Source: Octopus sinensis
Lineage: Eukaryota
Reading direction: 5' to 3'
NCBI RefSeq assembly: GCF_006345805.1
Contig: NC_043002.1
Coordinates: 84,382,001-84,446,000 of the forward strand
DNA length: 64,000 bases
In this document: in pieces, positions 25,901 through 38,979 of the stretch
Layout: every line of letters begins with the position of its first letter
How positions within the stretch are numbered: position 1 is the first letter of the stretch
Notes under the pieces: model-generated
The model's input: the letters and a program-made list of their open reading frames with translations, nothing else
Told to the model about the DNA's origin: nothing
The model's database searches: none
Made by a program: the position numbers and the translations under genes

Positions 25901-26181
25901 TAATAAAGGCACATAGGTTACATATTTTATAAAATTTTTGTAGTTTTTTTTTTCCTGGAATTGTTGGTTTGATGGTACAAAGAACAATGGATGCTATGAG
26001 TTGAACTGAACTCTTGAGCTAAATACACTATTTTGCATGTCACTGTATGCCTGGTTGACAACAAATAACATTCCTATTTCATGGCCATGTTGTTACTAAC
26101 AAGAAGTGTATCCAATATTAACAAAAGTTATTTAAATGCCTATATTAGCAAAACGTGCTAGCTTTAGAAAAATTGATATAT

Positions 26182-26483
26182 CACATAAAAAGCACCATAC
26201 AAGTGTGATCGATGCCAGTACTATCTGACTGGCTCCCATGCCAGTGGCACATAAAAAGCACCGTTTGAGCGTGGTTGATGCCAGTGATGCCTAACTGGCC
26301 CTTATGCCAGTGGCCCGTAAAAAGCAGCCACTACACTTTTGGAATGGCTGGTGTTAGGAAAGGCATCCAGCTGTAGAAACCTTGCCAGATCAGATTGGAG
26401 CCTGGTGCAGCCTCCTGGCTTGCCAGTCCTCAGTAAAACCATCCAACTCATGCCAGCATGGAAAGTGGATGTTAAACGATGAT
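26182..26483 (+). mobile_element. Family C retroposon
   Basis: Matches 18518-18830. Confidence 0.85.
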
Positions 26484-26537
26484 ATATATATATATATATA
26501 TAAATGTAATTACAAAAAATGACTTTAATATTATTAA

Positions 26538-26753
26538 CACTTTAGTATTCAAATTAGTCTCTCAAATATAATGCATATTTATTAAGTCTTTTAACTTAAT
26601 CATGTATTAGCTTGGAGCTTTGAAATTTTGATGATTTAATTGTTTATTTTAAAATGGCATTGTAGGATAGGTGTGAGAGGCCAGGTCTGGTTGCTTGAAC
26701 ATTAAACAGGCGGTATATTTGCGTTGGATATGACCGGTTTAAATGCTAAAGAG
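26538..26753. mobile_element. piggyBac-like MITE (reverse orientation)
   Basis: TTAA on both sides; same internal sequence as 17221-17439. Confidence 0.8.
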
Positions 26754-26916
26754 TTAAAAAATAGATTTGCTATATGGGTCCAAATCAGTAAACAGTACCA
26801 CTGATTAGAAAGTGAAATATTTGTATCTATCATTTCAAAGATTTAATACTAAGTAGTTGAGAAACGCTTCTTGGATGCTGAGCTTTTAGAACAAACATAG
26901 AAACAGATGTGTTTAC

Positions 26917-27027
26917 CTGAAAATGTACAAGTTTGGCCAGATTAGGATCTGCAATATACATCTGGTGAAGAAAACTGCAAATCAAACACTGCACTTCTCG
27001 TAGATTTGATAGCAAACTGGTCTCTTT
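26917..27027 (-). CDS. INTS2: INTS2 coding exon
   Basis: tttcag|AAA...CAG|gtaaac. KETSLLSNLREVQCLICSFLHQMYIADPNLAKLVHFQ. 111 nt. Confidence 0.97.
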
Positions 27028-27109
27028 CTGAAAATATTAAATGAATGTATGAAGGAACGATTGATTAATTGATAGACAGCCAGACAGGTAGATAGACACA
27101 CACACACAA

Positions 27110-27472
27110 GGTCAGAGAAAAGGGGTCTTGTTTCATCAGGGAAATCCTCCAGCATACAAGTCCTTGGTTTCAATGGCTATTGTGCATGACTATGGTTTTG
27201 AACTGGATGGTCACCCACCCTATTCTCCTGACTATCATGCTTCCCAACATGAAAAAAATACTTGGCTGGGAACCAGTATCGCAGAGATGATGACATCATA
27301 CCTGCTGTTGATGACTTTTTTCTTGACTAACAGAAAGAAAGCGTCTTCACATGGGATCCAAGCACTGCAACATTGTGTGGACTACTAGAGGGAATATGGT
27401 GAAAAATAAATCTCATTTGGTCACAATCCATGAGAATATCTTGGTCAGCTTATGGAACTTTTTAGCTGACCC
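27110..27472 (+). mobile_element. Mariner 3' fragment (Himar-like)
   Basis: GVLFHQGNPPAYKSLVSMAIVHDYGFELDGHPPYSPD; degenerate TIR tttttagctgaccct. Confidence 0.75.
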
Positions 27473-28843
27473 TTGCGTGTGCACGTATATGTGTGTGTAA
27501 GTATGTATGTATACGTGTTTGCGTGAGTGTGTGTCTTACTGTCTCTTTGCCTTGACTTCATGTGATAGTTGTGAATGAATGTCACAATCATGCATACAGT
27601 GTCCCTTGTTTTCAGTCTTCTGTGAAAACAGGTGAAGTCATGGGGGAAAATATTACCTTGCTTGGAAACAAATCAGGATTGGTGAGAGGAAGAGCATCCA
27701 GCCACAGAAAGATCTGCCATAACAAATTCTATCCAACCCAAGCAAGCATGGAGAAGTGTACATTAATGATGATGATGATGATGTTATATGAACTAATCAC
27801 AAGATGATTAGTTCATTTAACTGTAGAACAAGAAATATTTAGATATCATGTGATTTTTAAATGAGGCATGACCTTTCAGGTAAATAGAAGACTGAACTTA
27901 ACACTTACATAGAAATTCACTACTATTTTTTTTGAATTGTAAAACAATAAAGTTAATTCTTCTTAAATGCAGAGCTTCCCTCGGTGATTGACATTCTTAT
28001 GCAATTAACCAAATTTGGATAATAGATGATAAATTATGAGATTTCAATATATAATTAGTTGTAAGGTATTATGTCGAGGCTAATTTTGTGTAGATTATAT
28101 AATAAAACAGAACTAAAAGTATTTTTCTATTTATTCACAGTATGTTTTATGTAAACCTAATATATTTGTGTTCTGCCCTGTTCAAGCTATTTTTTTTTAT
28201 TGACATGACAATAATTTCATTTTATGAGATTTTTAATTCTTTTAACATTCTTCAATTATACAAATTTAATTAAATCTATTCACACATTTCTAATTATTCT
28301 TTAATAACAACAAGGAGCATACTGCTGCCACCACCACCACCATCATCGTCATCATAAAATCCACTATTCTGTGCTGCATGGCTTGGATGGAGGTTAGAGA
28401 GGCAGATTTTCTATGGTTGGATGACCTTCCTGTTGCCAACCTTCACCTGTTTCCATGCAAGACATCTCACAGCATGCTGGAAATGAATGACCCTGATTAT
28501 ACGACAGTGACAATCATTTACAACTATCATGTAATACCAAGACAAGGTGTCACACACACACACATGCACACAGATATACTTGTATGACAGGGTACTTTTG
28601 GGTTCCGTCTACCAAATTCACTCACACGGATTTGGTCAACCCAGGACTGTAATACTCCAAGGTGCTACACAATAGGATTGAACCCAGAACCATGGGGTTG
28701 GAAAGCAAACTTCTTACCACACAGCCATGTCTGCACCTGTTAATAAAAATTTAACGAAGCTGATCACTGACAAGTTTAATTGATAATGAAGAAAACAAAT
28801 GAGCATCTTGATTCAAAACTATCAACAATGGAGATTTATTTAT

Positions 28844-29253
28844 AGGCGCAGGAGTGGCTGTGTGGTAAGTAGCTTGCTAACCAACCATATGGTTCTGGGT
28901 TCAGTCCCACTGCGTGGCATCTTGGGCAAGTGTCTTCTGCTATAGCCTCGGGCCGACCAAAGCCTTGTGAGTGGATTTGGTAGACATATATATATGTATG
29001 TGTGTGTATATGTTTGTGTGTTTGTGTTTGTCTCCCCAGCATTGCTTGACAACCAATGCTGGTGTGTTTACGTCCCCGTCACTTAGCAGTTCGGCAAAAG
29101 AGACCGATAGAATAAGTACTGGGCTTACAAAGAATAAGTACTGGGCTTACAAAGAATAAGTCCCGGGGTCGATTTGCTCGACTAAAGGTGGTGCTCCAGC
29201 ATGGCCGCAGTTAAATGACTGAAACAAGTAAAAGAGTAAAAAAAAAAGAGTAA
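28844..29253 (+). mobile_element. Family A SINE, full length, with a 22-bp internal tandem duplication
   Basis: Matches 7134-7518. aataagtactgggcttacaaag occurs twice at 29111-29154. Confidence 0.92.
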
Positions 29254-31039
29254 ACCTAATTACATAATCGAAAATGGGAATTTTTAAAATTTGATCTGAA
29301 TCTGAACTCAGCTTCATTATCATCATTTGACATCCATTTTCCATGCTGTTCTGGTATGATTTCTATGGTTGGATGCCCTTCCCTATGTCAACCACTTTAT
29401 AGAGAGTGCTGGGTGCTTTTTATGTGGCACCAGTACCAATGCTGTTTTTACATGACAGCAACACCAGTGATTTTTACATGGCACCAGCTCTAGTGTTTTT
29501 TATGTGGAACCAGCATCAAGCCGTGGGTTTTAATCCATTAGAATGATAAAAATAACTTGGAAGCATTTGACTTTGGTTGTTTGTAAACAAAAATACTGAC
29601 TACTGTTATTTTAACTTATCTTGTAAATGTAAACTTCCAGAATAACTGTAGTCAAAGCAAATCAAATGTTCAATCTTGTACAACATTATACCAAATTTTT
29701 ATTCATAATTGGAATAGTATTATCCTTTCTACTATAGACATGAGGCCTGAAATTTTCAGGGCGGGGCTAATTGATTACATTGACTCCAGTACTTGACTGG
29801 CACTTGATTCAGGATGTAAAGACGGATGAAATGCTGCGACATATTTTGCCCAACATGCTAATGATTCTGCCAGCTTGCTACCTTATAACTGAAATAGCAT
29901 CATGCAATTAACCAAAAGTGATTGTTTTGTATATGCAATTAACAGGTCAATTTTACATAGATTTAATGGTAAATGGTTCAATGTTTTTAAAGTGTTGTAA
30001 TTAACTGAATTATGTAATTAAACAGAATCAGTTGTATAATTGGACTCTCACATTAGTTATATTATTGGTACTTATATCAGTTTATGACTAATTCTTGCAC
30101 CTTGATGCCAGGAAGATGGAGTGTCTGGATCAAACTGTGGACAGGAATGTAGGAAACTAGATTTGGGTAAAACACCTAGTGTAGTCTAGTATACAATCTA
30201 CTAAAATCTACTTTTTGTCTTTTGTGCAATTCTCTTTGAATAATTACATCTCTCTACCTATAATGCCTATGTATATTACCACTAGTGAACATTAGAAGCA
30301 CTCATGGGCCAAATAGGGGCAACTATTCCTAAAAACTCGTATTCATAAGATAGACCAAAGTAAATGGATAATGGGTTCTATTTGCATTATAACAACTTCA
30401 TCAACAATTAAGAAAGGAATGAATATGAGGTATTAGCAAAGTCTGTATGCAGAGGTGTGTGAGAAAAACTTATCCATATGGTGTATGTGTATACACACTG
30501 ACACAGACACATACACACAGAGTTGTATGACTGAGAACAGAGATAGAAATTGTCCAAATGAATGCACACAGTTCTTAAGACCAATGCTTGATAAAAAGCT
30601 TGCACTGTTTCAGCTGCAAAAATCTTCCAGTATTGCTCACTTTACTAAAATCCATTTGGATAAGCATTTGTGTAAACTTGAAAACAAGTACATTCCATTT
30701 CATAGGCTTCTTTTTCATTGGTTGAGATATGAAAAGATTCCCTGAGGTGCATGGATTTCATTAAAACCTTTGTTAATGATAGCTCTAGTGGGGCTCCGAC
30801 TCTGAACACAAACTAGTAATACATATATTATGAGAAATATTTTAAACTAGAAAATAAAAACATTTCTTTTTTAATATAAAATTGAGCCAGTGGCTGGATC
30901 TAGCTTGCAGACCCTATGTTTGACACTCCTGGCTCAAACTACGGAAAAAGACAAGGGTAGCCATAACTGGAACCCTTTTAACTATTGTTCTGCTCAATCA
31001 AGTCAGAGAAACGATTAAACAACCTCAACACGAGCTTAC

Positions 31040-31322
31040 CATTTCATCTGGTTGTCTAAGGCAACATTCCAATAAGATCTGCACTACTGCACTTTCTTGT
31101 GCAGAAGTCAAAGCATTTTTCAGTTCTTTTCTTTCTTGCTCTAAAGAAACTGAAGTTTTATCTAGTAATTTTTCCTTGTCCTTTTTGTCCTGATCTTGAG
31201 CATTGTTGAAACCAGGGTTCTCAAAGAGAGGATGTGAAGCTATATGACTGGATAGAAACACCCGGCATGCCTGTATGTAAGCTTCAAGAACCCGTAACAC
31301 GATTTCCAATACAGGAGGGCAT
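31040..31322 (-). CDS. INTS2: INTS2 coding exon
   Basis: tttcag|A...ATG|gtaagc. CPPVLEIVLRVLEAY...ERKELKNALTSAQESAVVQILLECCLRQPDEM. 283 nt. Confidence 0.96.
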
Positions 31323-31869
31323 CTGAAAGGAAAAAAACAAAACTTAAAATTTTTAAATAAATAAAACAAATATTAGATATCTATCTTGTTTTTAATTTGG
31401 GTTTTAAGAAATACTTTAAGGAATTTGGAAACTCCTTTTGGTCTATGTAATGTTCTCTTTTTGTCCCCTTCTTTTAATAATTTAGGATCTGCAGAACTTA
31501 CTAATGACAAAGTTATTTTAGTAGCTATTTTGAGCTAAATGGTGACCTCCCTAGTGCCAGTTTCTGAATGATTTGTCAACAGGGAAATGTCAACAATGTC
31601 ACCATCTGCAGTTCAACAATTTTTTGAAGAACTACAGAACGTAAACATTTGCAAAGGCACACATATGTACACAGGCTTTGTACAGTTTCCCAAATTTTGT
31701 CTACTAAATTCACCTTCAAGGCATTGGGCACTCCAGAGCCATAAGATACTTGCCCAAGGTACTGTTCAGTGGGACTGAACTTGAAACATAGTTGTGTAGT
31801 GAAGTACTTAACCACAAATCCATACCAGCACATGGCTAAATGGTTAAGAAGTATATATATTTAATTAAT

Positions 31870-32088
31870 TCTTTCTAATTTTGACACAAGATCAATACTT
31901 TCGGGGGGAAAGGATATGTCATTATATCTACCCTAGTACTTGACTGGTACTTTATTTTATCAATCCTGAAAGGATGAAAGGCAAAATTGACCTTGATGGA
32001 ACTTGAACTCACAACAAAAAGAGCTGGAAGAAATGTCACTGAGCAAATTATCTGATGCACAAACAATTCAGCCAGTTCACTGCCTTAT
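31870..32088 (-). mobile_element. Family B SINE, degenerate
   Basis: ctggtactttattttatcaatcctgaaaggatgaaaggcaaa core. Confidence 0.75.
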
Positions 32089-33878
32089 GCTTTATTAATG
32101 AAAATTTCATTAATTTACTTTTATACATGTTTACAGTTAGAAAAACAATCTTAATGAAAATGAATACCTTAGAAAGGAACTTTTTAATAGGGGAGTCACT
32201 TTTCACAACTTAAGAATCTCTAATAGTTCTGAATAGTATGAAAATATTGATCTCTAATACAGAAATAATGCCTCAAGTTTGGGCAGGGTTATAGCCAATT
32301 ATTTTCCAACCCAAATTCCTGACTAGTACTTAATTTTATCAATCCTGGAAGAATGAAAGATAAAGTTAACTACAGCTGGATGTAAACTAAGAATGTAAAT
32401 TATCTGTAAAAATATTGACAAAATTGTTAATCACTTATGATTTAAATATTCTATATTCCAGATAACATTTATAATCACCAACTACATGTTTCAACTCAGA
32501 TACTGGATAATTATGCCTCATTAGAAGAGCTTTGTAACACAGCCAAAAAATTGGAAAAAAAAAAAATAAATAAACCCTCCAACATAATTACAATGAAAAT
32601 AGAGATGTTCTTTCAGTATGATGTCAAGGCTTCATAAGATTAAGAGATATCAAAGTTTTACATAATCATAAGATATTGGGCAAAGTTGACTTTGGCAGGA
32701 CTTTAACTCAAGTGTGCAGAAAGTTGGAACAAACACTGTAAAGTATTCTTTCCAATGTCCTAACAAATCTACTAATTTGTCTGAGGTAACCTTGCAAACT
32801 TACCCATACATGGTTTGTCCCTGACAAGTCTCTCTCTTCCCTGCAACTCATCTTCCTAACCCCCTTCCCTCCACCCATGTTCACTCACTGCATTCTCCAC
32901 CATCTCCCATTCTCCTTTTGCACTCTTACAAACTTACTTGCCCACTCACCCTACCCAATCCTCAGTCAGTATCACTTCACTTTATACACCCTTCCTTGTA
33001 ACTTGAGTATGCACCCCAACACATCTTCACCCTTTTCTCTCTCTCTCTCTACTCTCAACCTCTCCTTTTCCAAATGAGGTCGCCATGTACCTCCCCTACT
33101 GCAAGACACCTATTTCTGTCCTACTCACAAGGATTTATTTGACCTGGGGCTCTAAGTAGAAAATACTTGCCCAAGGTGCCACACAGTGGGACTGAACCTG
33201 AGATAGTTGGGAAGCAAGCTTTTTAACCATGCAGCAATACCTCCGCCTACCATTATAGGTTTATAATATATTAGTATTATATAATCAGTGGAAGATGTAT
33301 GCAACCTGACTGATTTCTGATTCCTTATCGGAGTATACGAACAAAGCTTCACACATATTACTTCACTATGTGCAGGCATGTATATCACAACTTCCCATCT
33401 TTTTATCTAATAACTCTGACATTTCGTGCTTATAAAAAGCCCAGCCCACACCTGTTGTTACATAATCATTAAATGTATTGACCTCTTGTGACACCAATGT
33501 GTGTAATTCATTCAGAAGGACAGTTGGCTCAGATAGAAGTACTATTTTACATTTACGATTAAAAGTATCCATTGCTGTTTACTTTAGCTCTCGTAATTCA
33601 GTGAGAGATTTACAAAACAGAAAGGCTATTGAACTGGTGTAGGCTGTTTATCATATCGCTTTGCTTATCTTGTTCAGTTGTTTTTAATCATATCTCGTTT
33701 CTAGACATAGCTTGCTATGTCTCACTCCCACAGGGTCTTGGTTGGGGCACGCTGTACTGTTTCACTGTAGGTGCAAAGACTAAGGTTTTTGTAGAGGAGA
33801 ATAGGAAAAATCAGTTGTGAAGTTCATGCCTATCCCATGGCATCAATTACACCACTGATGGAATTGTATTTGATTATA

Positions 33879-34080
33879 TGAGGGGGCATTGAAAAGTTCC
33901 TAGCTTTGGGTAAAAGAAAATATAGGAGAATCAGTTAATTATTTTATTCATCATATTCCCTTTCAGATTCACACACTTATTGCAGTGGTCCTTCAGTTTT
34001 TCTAAGCCCTGTAAAACGAACTTGGAAGGTTGGGCCTCCAACCAGCCCTTTCACAATACTCTTAAAGTCAGGAACTTTTC
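33879..34080. mobile_element. Mariner-derived MITE
   Basis: ta|tgagggggcattgaaaagttcct...aggaacttttc partial TIRs. Confidence 0.65.
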
Positions 34081-34344
34081 ACACACACATGGGCACACAC
34101 ATGCACACCTACACACACCAGTAAATATCAACTTCTAACATTATTATGTATAATTAGTATATATAGGTCTGCAGATGTAAATTAAAATCAAAGTCCCCAC
34201 ATCACATTCTTCACACCCCTATTTTCAGTGATACCATAAACATGAGATCCATACAAGCATAGAAAGGTGTAATGTTAAAATGATGATGATGATGACGACG
34301 ACGATGATGATGATGATATTCCCCATAACAAAGAGCTAACTTAC

Positions 34345-34473
34345 CTAAATACTCGGTTATCACACTGAAGAACAACTAGGGGATCGACAGTGATGTCGTT
34401 CTCTGATACAGGGACAGCAGATTTTACACCATTATGATTGATTCTGAGAGCGTTGACTGTCATGAGACGTAAC
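34345..34473 (-). CDS. INTS2: INTS2 coding exon
   Basis: tttcag|G...AG|gtaagt. LRLMTVNALRINHNGVKSAVPVSENDITVDPLVVLQCDNRVF. 129 nt. Confidence 0.95.
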
Positions 34474-34844
34474 CTGAAAGAAAACAAAGCAAAAGGTAAA
34501 ATGGCAAAAAGAAAAAAATTGAAACAACCAGAAGTAATAAAGGATAAGTTAAAGAACTGGTGACAAGATTAGAGGTGACCATGTCAGATGTGACAGTGTC
34601 AAAGGTAATAAGGTCAAAGTTGATGAGGTCAGAGATGATGGCAGCAGAGGTGATGAGGTCGAGTCTAGGACATTTACACCCTCATGCACAATAACCCACC
34701 AAGGACAGTTACCCCTGAGGACAACAGATGATGATTTAAAACTTCTTAATATATTGGAGAGGGGGTAATTAACCAAGAGGGTAGTTGTCATCAGGGGGAA
34801 TTGTCCTAGGTGGGTAATTGTCCTGATATGGATAAGGTCAGAGA

Positions 34845-35285
34845 TCATCATCATCGTTTAACGTCTGCTTTCCATGCTAGCATGGGTTGGACAATTTAAC
34901 TGAGGACTGGCGAGCCAGATGGCTGCACCAGGCTCCATTCTTGATCTGGCAGAGTTTCTACAGCTGGATGCCCTTCCTAACGCCAACCACTCCGATGAGT
35001 GTAATGGGTGCTTTTACGGGCCACCGGCACGAGGGCCAGTTAGGCGGTACTGGCAATGGCTATGCTCAAATGGTGTTTTTTATGTGCTACCTGCACAGGA
35101 GCCAGTCCAGCAGCACTGGCAACGACCTCGCTCGAATGTTTTTTCATGCGCCAGTAAGGCGACGCTGGTAACGATCCCGCTCGAATGGTGCTTTTTACGT
35201 GCCACTAGCACAGAAGCCAGATCATGCTCTGATGGTACTCTTAGCACTCCACTAGCACAGATGTCAGTCATCAATTTGATTTCGG
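34845..35285 (-). mobile_element. Family C retroposon
   Basis: (cat)n gtttaacgtctgctttccatgctagcatggg... with internal ~60-nt repeats. Confidence 0.88.
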
Positions 35286-36304
35286 ATATTAAATTATGTG
35301 CTTTATTCAGGAACAAACTGCAATTACTGTAGTAAGAGTTGAACTCATGTCTACATCGTTAGTAATCTAGCACATGAAGTTCATTCATTAAACTTCCACA
35401 GAAACTTGGACTCCACAAAAAATAAACTTTACAGACCTTGCAGACATCCGAGCAAAGTCGCAAGTCACTAAGTCACTAAAATGGTCGCGAATGGCGACAA
35501 CAGAACTTAGACTAACAAACAATTGATTAACTGTTTAAACCAGCACATTAAACAATTGATTGATTAGTTAGTTGGTTAGATATTTAACCAACTGACTGAC
35601 AATAAAGAAGTGGAATTGAACCAGTGCATGTGTTACTATTAGCATAATGACTCTCTCAAGACACAACATTTGTTTCAATAAATGAATTCACATCAAGAAT
35701 CTTGCAAACCAAATACAAAAATGCAGTAATTTCTACTCCACCATCTGAATACTAAAGAAAGACAGACTTGAATTAAACTTGTCTTTCCTTCTAAAATGTC
35801 AATGAATGGTTTGCTGGTTTAGTTTACCTCATTTGACAACTGAAGCTAAATATTTAGGCCAAGGCAAGAAGTTGATAAGAGTTGTTAGAGCACTGAATAG
35901 ACTGCCTTGTAGTTTTTATTCTGTAATTTTATTCAGAGTACCCTTGGTACTCTGAGTTCAAATTTACCTTTCATCCTTTCAAGGTCAATAAAAGAGTATC
36001 AATTCAGGGCAGTGGACTGGTAGAACTGTTGAAATATTGGGAAAGATGCCTTGCAGCATCTGTTCTGGCTCTTAGCATTCCATAATTTGTGAGTTATCCT
36101 CAGAATAGAGATCTGGTCTGAATGCATGCAGGTTACCAGATGGTGGTATTGAAAACAAAAGATGGATTAAGTTTACCACTTAAAACAAATAGACTGTATT
36201 TGTTTCATATTTGTACAGTCTCTCCAATGGACCTCAGTACAGATTCTGTCAACACAGTTTAACTCACAAGGCTTGAGTTAACCTAAGGCTATGGTACAAA
36301 AATA

Positions 36305-37551
36305 TCAGGTCATCCCATAAGTTCTGGCCGAATTTTGAATAAAGAAAACAAGTGACCAAATGTTATATTTAATCATCAATGTACTTACCCTGATTATTTA
36401 TGACTTCCTTCCATCTATTTACAAGCTTTTTAATCCCATCAATGTAAAACTCTTTTGGTTTCAAAGCGAAGAACTCTGAAATGTCAGTTTCAACCTCCTC
36501 CTGGCTTGCGAAAGTTATGTGCCCCAAATGCTTCTGTAAACTATGAAACGAATGGTATTCTGAAGGAGCAAGGTCAGGAGAATAAGATGGATGAGGAATT
36601 TTTTCCCAACCAAGCTTTTCGATCTTCTGTAATGTGATCTTTGCAGTGTGGGGTCACGCATCGTCCTGATGAAACATCACCCCTTTTTGATTCACTAAAG
36701 CAGGTCTTTTTTTCTTCAAAGCTTGGTTCAAACGCTCTAATTGCTGACTTCAGCATTGATTGTTGCATTAGGTGGTAACAATTTAAAGTGAATTACTCCT
36801 TTGCAATCCCACCAGATAGAGAGAAGAACCTTTTTCTCATGAAGTTCCCTTCTCAGTTGTGGTTGAGCTTTTTTCCTTTTACCAAGCCACTGTTTACAAT
36901 GTTTAACATTTCAATAGAAGATAAAATTTTTTGTCACCAGTCACAAGTCTATCTATAAAAGGGTGAAATGAGTTTGCAAGAATGGAGAGAAGAGCAGATA
37001 TCAACTCGGGATTTGCGGTTGTTTTCAGACAATTCATGAGGCACCCATTTTCCAAATTTAGGAACTTTTCCAAGTTGTTGAAGATGACGATGAACAGTTG
37101 CATGGTTTGAACTAAGCTTTATTGTCAATTCTTCAACTGATAATGCAGGATTTTCTTCAAGTAATGCCTCAAGGAGCTTATCATCAAACTCAATCTTCAT
37201 CCTCAAGGCTGAAATCTCCACTTCTGAATTTTGCAAACCATCTTCCACCAGTTCTTTCATTCAAGCATTCTTTCCCATAAATTGAATGTATGTTTCGAGT
37301 CGCTTCGGCTGCAGAGTTTCCTTTTTGGTACTCATAAAGCATTATGTGCCTTAATTGCTCTTTGAATACTAGCATGTTAGAAAGGGTTTTAATCAAAGAA
37401 ATTTTAATTCTATTATTCTGTATTTAATTAGTTTAAATGTACCCAAACACATAAAAATAATTTTTAATTCCATTAGACGTTCTAAAATATTATTAAATTT
37501 CATTCAATTTTTGAAAAGGTAAAATCGGACAGAACTTAAGGGATGACCTGA
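36305..37551 (-). mobile_element. Full-length mariner transposon (1247 bp), transposase pseudogene
   Basis: TA TSD on both sides; TIR tcaggtcatcccataagttctggccgaattt. HTH, WVPHEL, VTGD, HQDDA and YSPDLAPSEY motifs. Frameshifts and at least one in-frame stop. Confidence 0.95.
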
Positions 37552-37688
37552 TACTTGCTTCAGATGCTTCACAGGGGAATCAAACAACAAAACGATACAA
37601 CTGAGAAGCAAACATTTTACTTCACGGCCAGGTTTGTGTTCATAGTTTAATGAAAGATACAAATTCACACAGTATGAAATTCATTTGA

Positions 37689-37907
37689 CACTTTCGCATT
37701 TAAACCATCCGTATCTGACCCAAATACTATACATGTTTCATGTTGAAACAAGTTAGATTTGGCCTCTCACACCTGCCTTACAATGTCATTCTAAAAATAA
37801 GCAATCACATCATCAAGACTAAGAGGTTATTAGATAATGCATAATAAATAAAAACAATATGAATAAATAAGTGTTGTATTTGACAGAGTAATCTGAATGC
37901 TAAAGGG
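37689..37907. mobile_element. piggyBac-like MITE
   Basis: Ends gaatgctaaaggg, 25 nt from the donor of exon 37933-38143. Confidence 0.8.
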
Positions 37908-37932
37908 TTGAAGAAATAAGTGAAACAATTAC

Positions 37933-38143
37933 CTTCGAGGCATAAGACCATGTAACCGGAACCAAATTTTCTTGATTAGATCTTGGACTCGACGTGGAAC
38001 TGAAGCATTCAAAATGGAAGGTAATGCAGCCACCACACAGTCAGCATACACAAGTAAATCCCGAGCAGGAATTAACAGTAAGCTGTCTAGAAGCTGGAAA
38101 ATGGCCAATGGACATTGTTGCTTCTTAGCAACATCATCAACAG
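37933..38143 (-). CDS. INTS2: INTS2 coding exon
   Basis: taacag|CT...AG|gtaatt. VDDVAKKQQCPLAIFQLLDSLLLIPARDLLVYADCVVAALPSILNASVPRRVQDLIKKIWFRLHGLMPR. 211 nt. Confidence 0.95.
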
Positions 38144-38979
38144 CTGTTAGTAAAGATAAATAAAATGTATAGATTAGCAATAAAAGAATCTTTTTTACAT
38201 TTTAAAGTCACATTGAAGTAAATGCAATCTAATAAGGTTGCTGTAAAGAAAATTTTTTATTAAACGTGTTAGGTTTCTATCAGTCAGTGTTGACCATGCA
38301 ATTGTACATTATGGCTCAGTCTGACCTAGATCTTTTTGAAGAAGACTAGCAGTTCTCCATGCATGCAAGTCTCCCGTCTCCACACTATCCCTATTTATCT
38401 AATGGAAAAGCTAGACCAATTCTGCTTGGCACCAGTGTTGCTTGGCACAGATGTTGCTGTCACAATGCAAAGAGTCAGAAGAGATACTGCAAGGCATCTC
38501 ATCCAAACCCTCTAATAGTTTCATCAGTTCACTACCCTGGATAGGGACATTTTTATTGGCCCCCCAAAAGAATGAATGGCAAAACTGAACTCAGTGTACA
38601 GGGAGTTGGAATAAAAACTGTAAAGCATTCTATTCAACACTTTAATGACTCCATTAATTCACTGCCAACTCACTGCTGTCATCACCACTTAACACCCATT
38701 TTCTATGCTGGCATGGGTCAGATGGTTTGACAGAAGCTGGCAAGGCAAAGGATGGTTCCAGGCTCTATTGCCTTTAAATATATGGAAATTGTAGAAATGT
38801 CATTATACATACTGAAGTATGGAATGAAAACGAAAACTAATTAAATAGCTCAATGTGTATATAAGAAGTTCAGATTTTGCATAAAAAGTTCATTTTTTTT
38901 TTGTCAATTACATTATATTATCAGAAATATTAAATTTCTAAATGTCTCAAAGAGACATGAGCGGTGGTGGAGCGATAGA

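Noticed and set aside
30455-30745. 96-aa plus-strand ORF
   Set aside because: Starts in a CA repeat, no recognisable motif, antisense within an intron.
34550-34650. Degenerate 15-bp repeats (ggtgacaaggtcaga-like)
   Set aside because: Too decayed to define a unit; no coding or structural support.
35440-35500. Short CpG-rich patch (agtcgcaagtcactaagtcact...ggtcgcgaatggcgac)
   Set aside because: Probably a scrap of a DNA transposon end; too short to assign.
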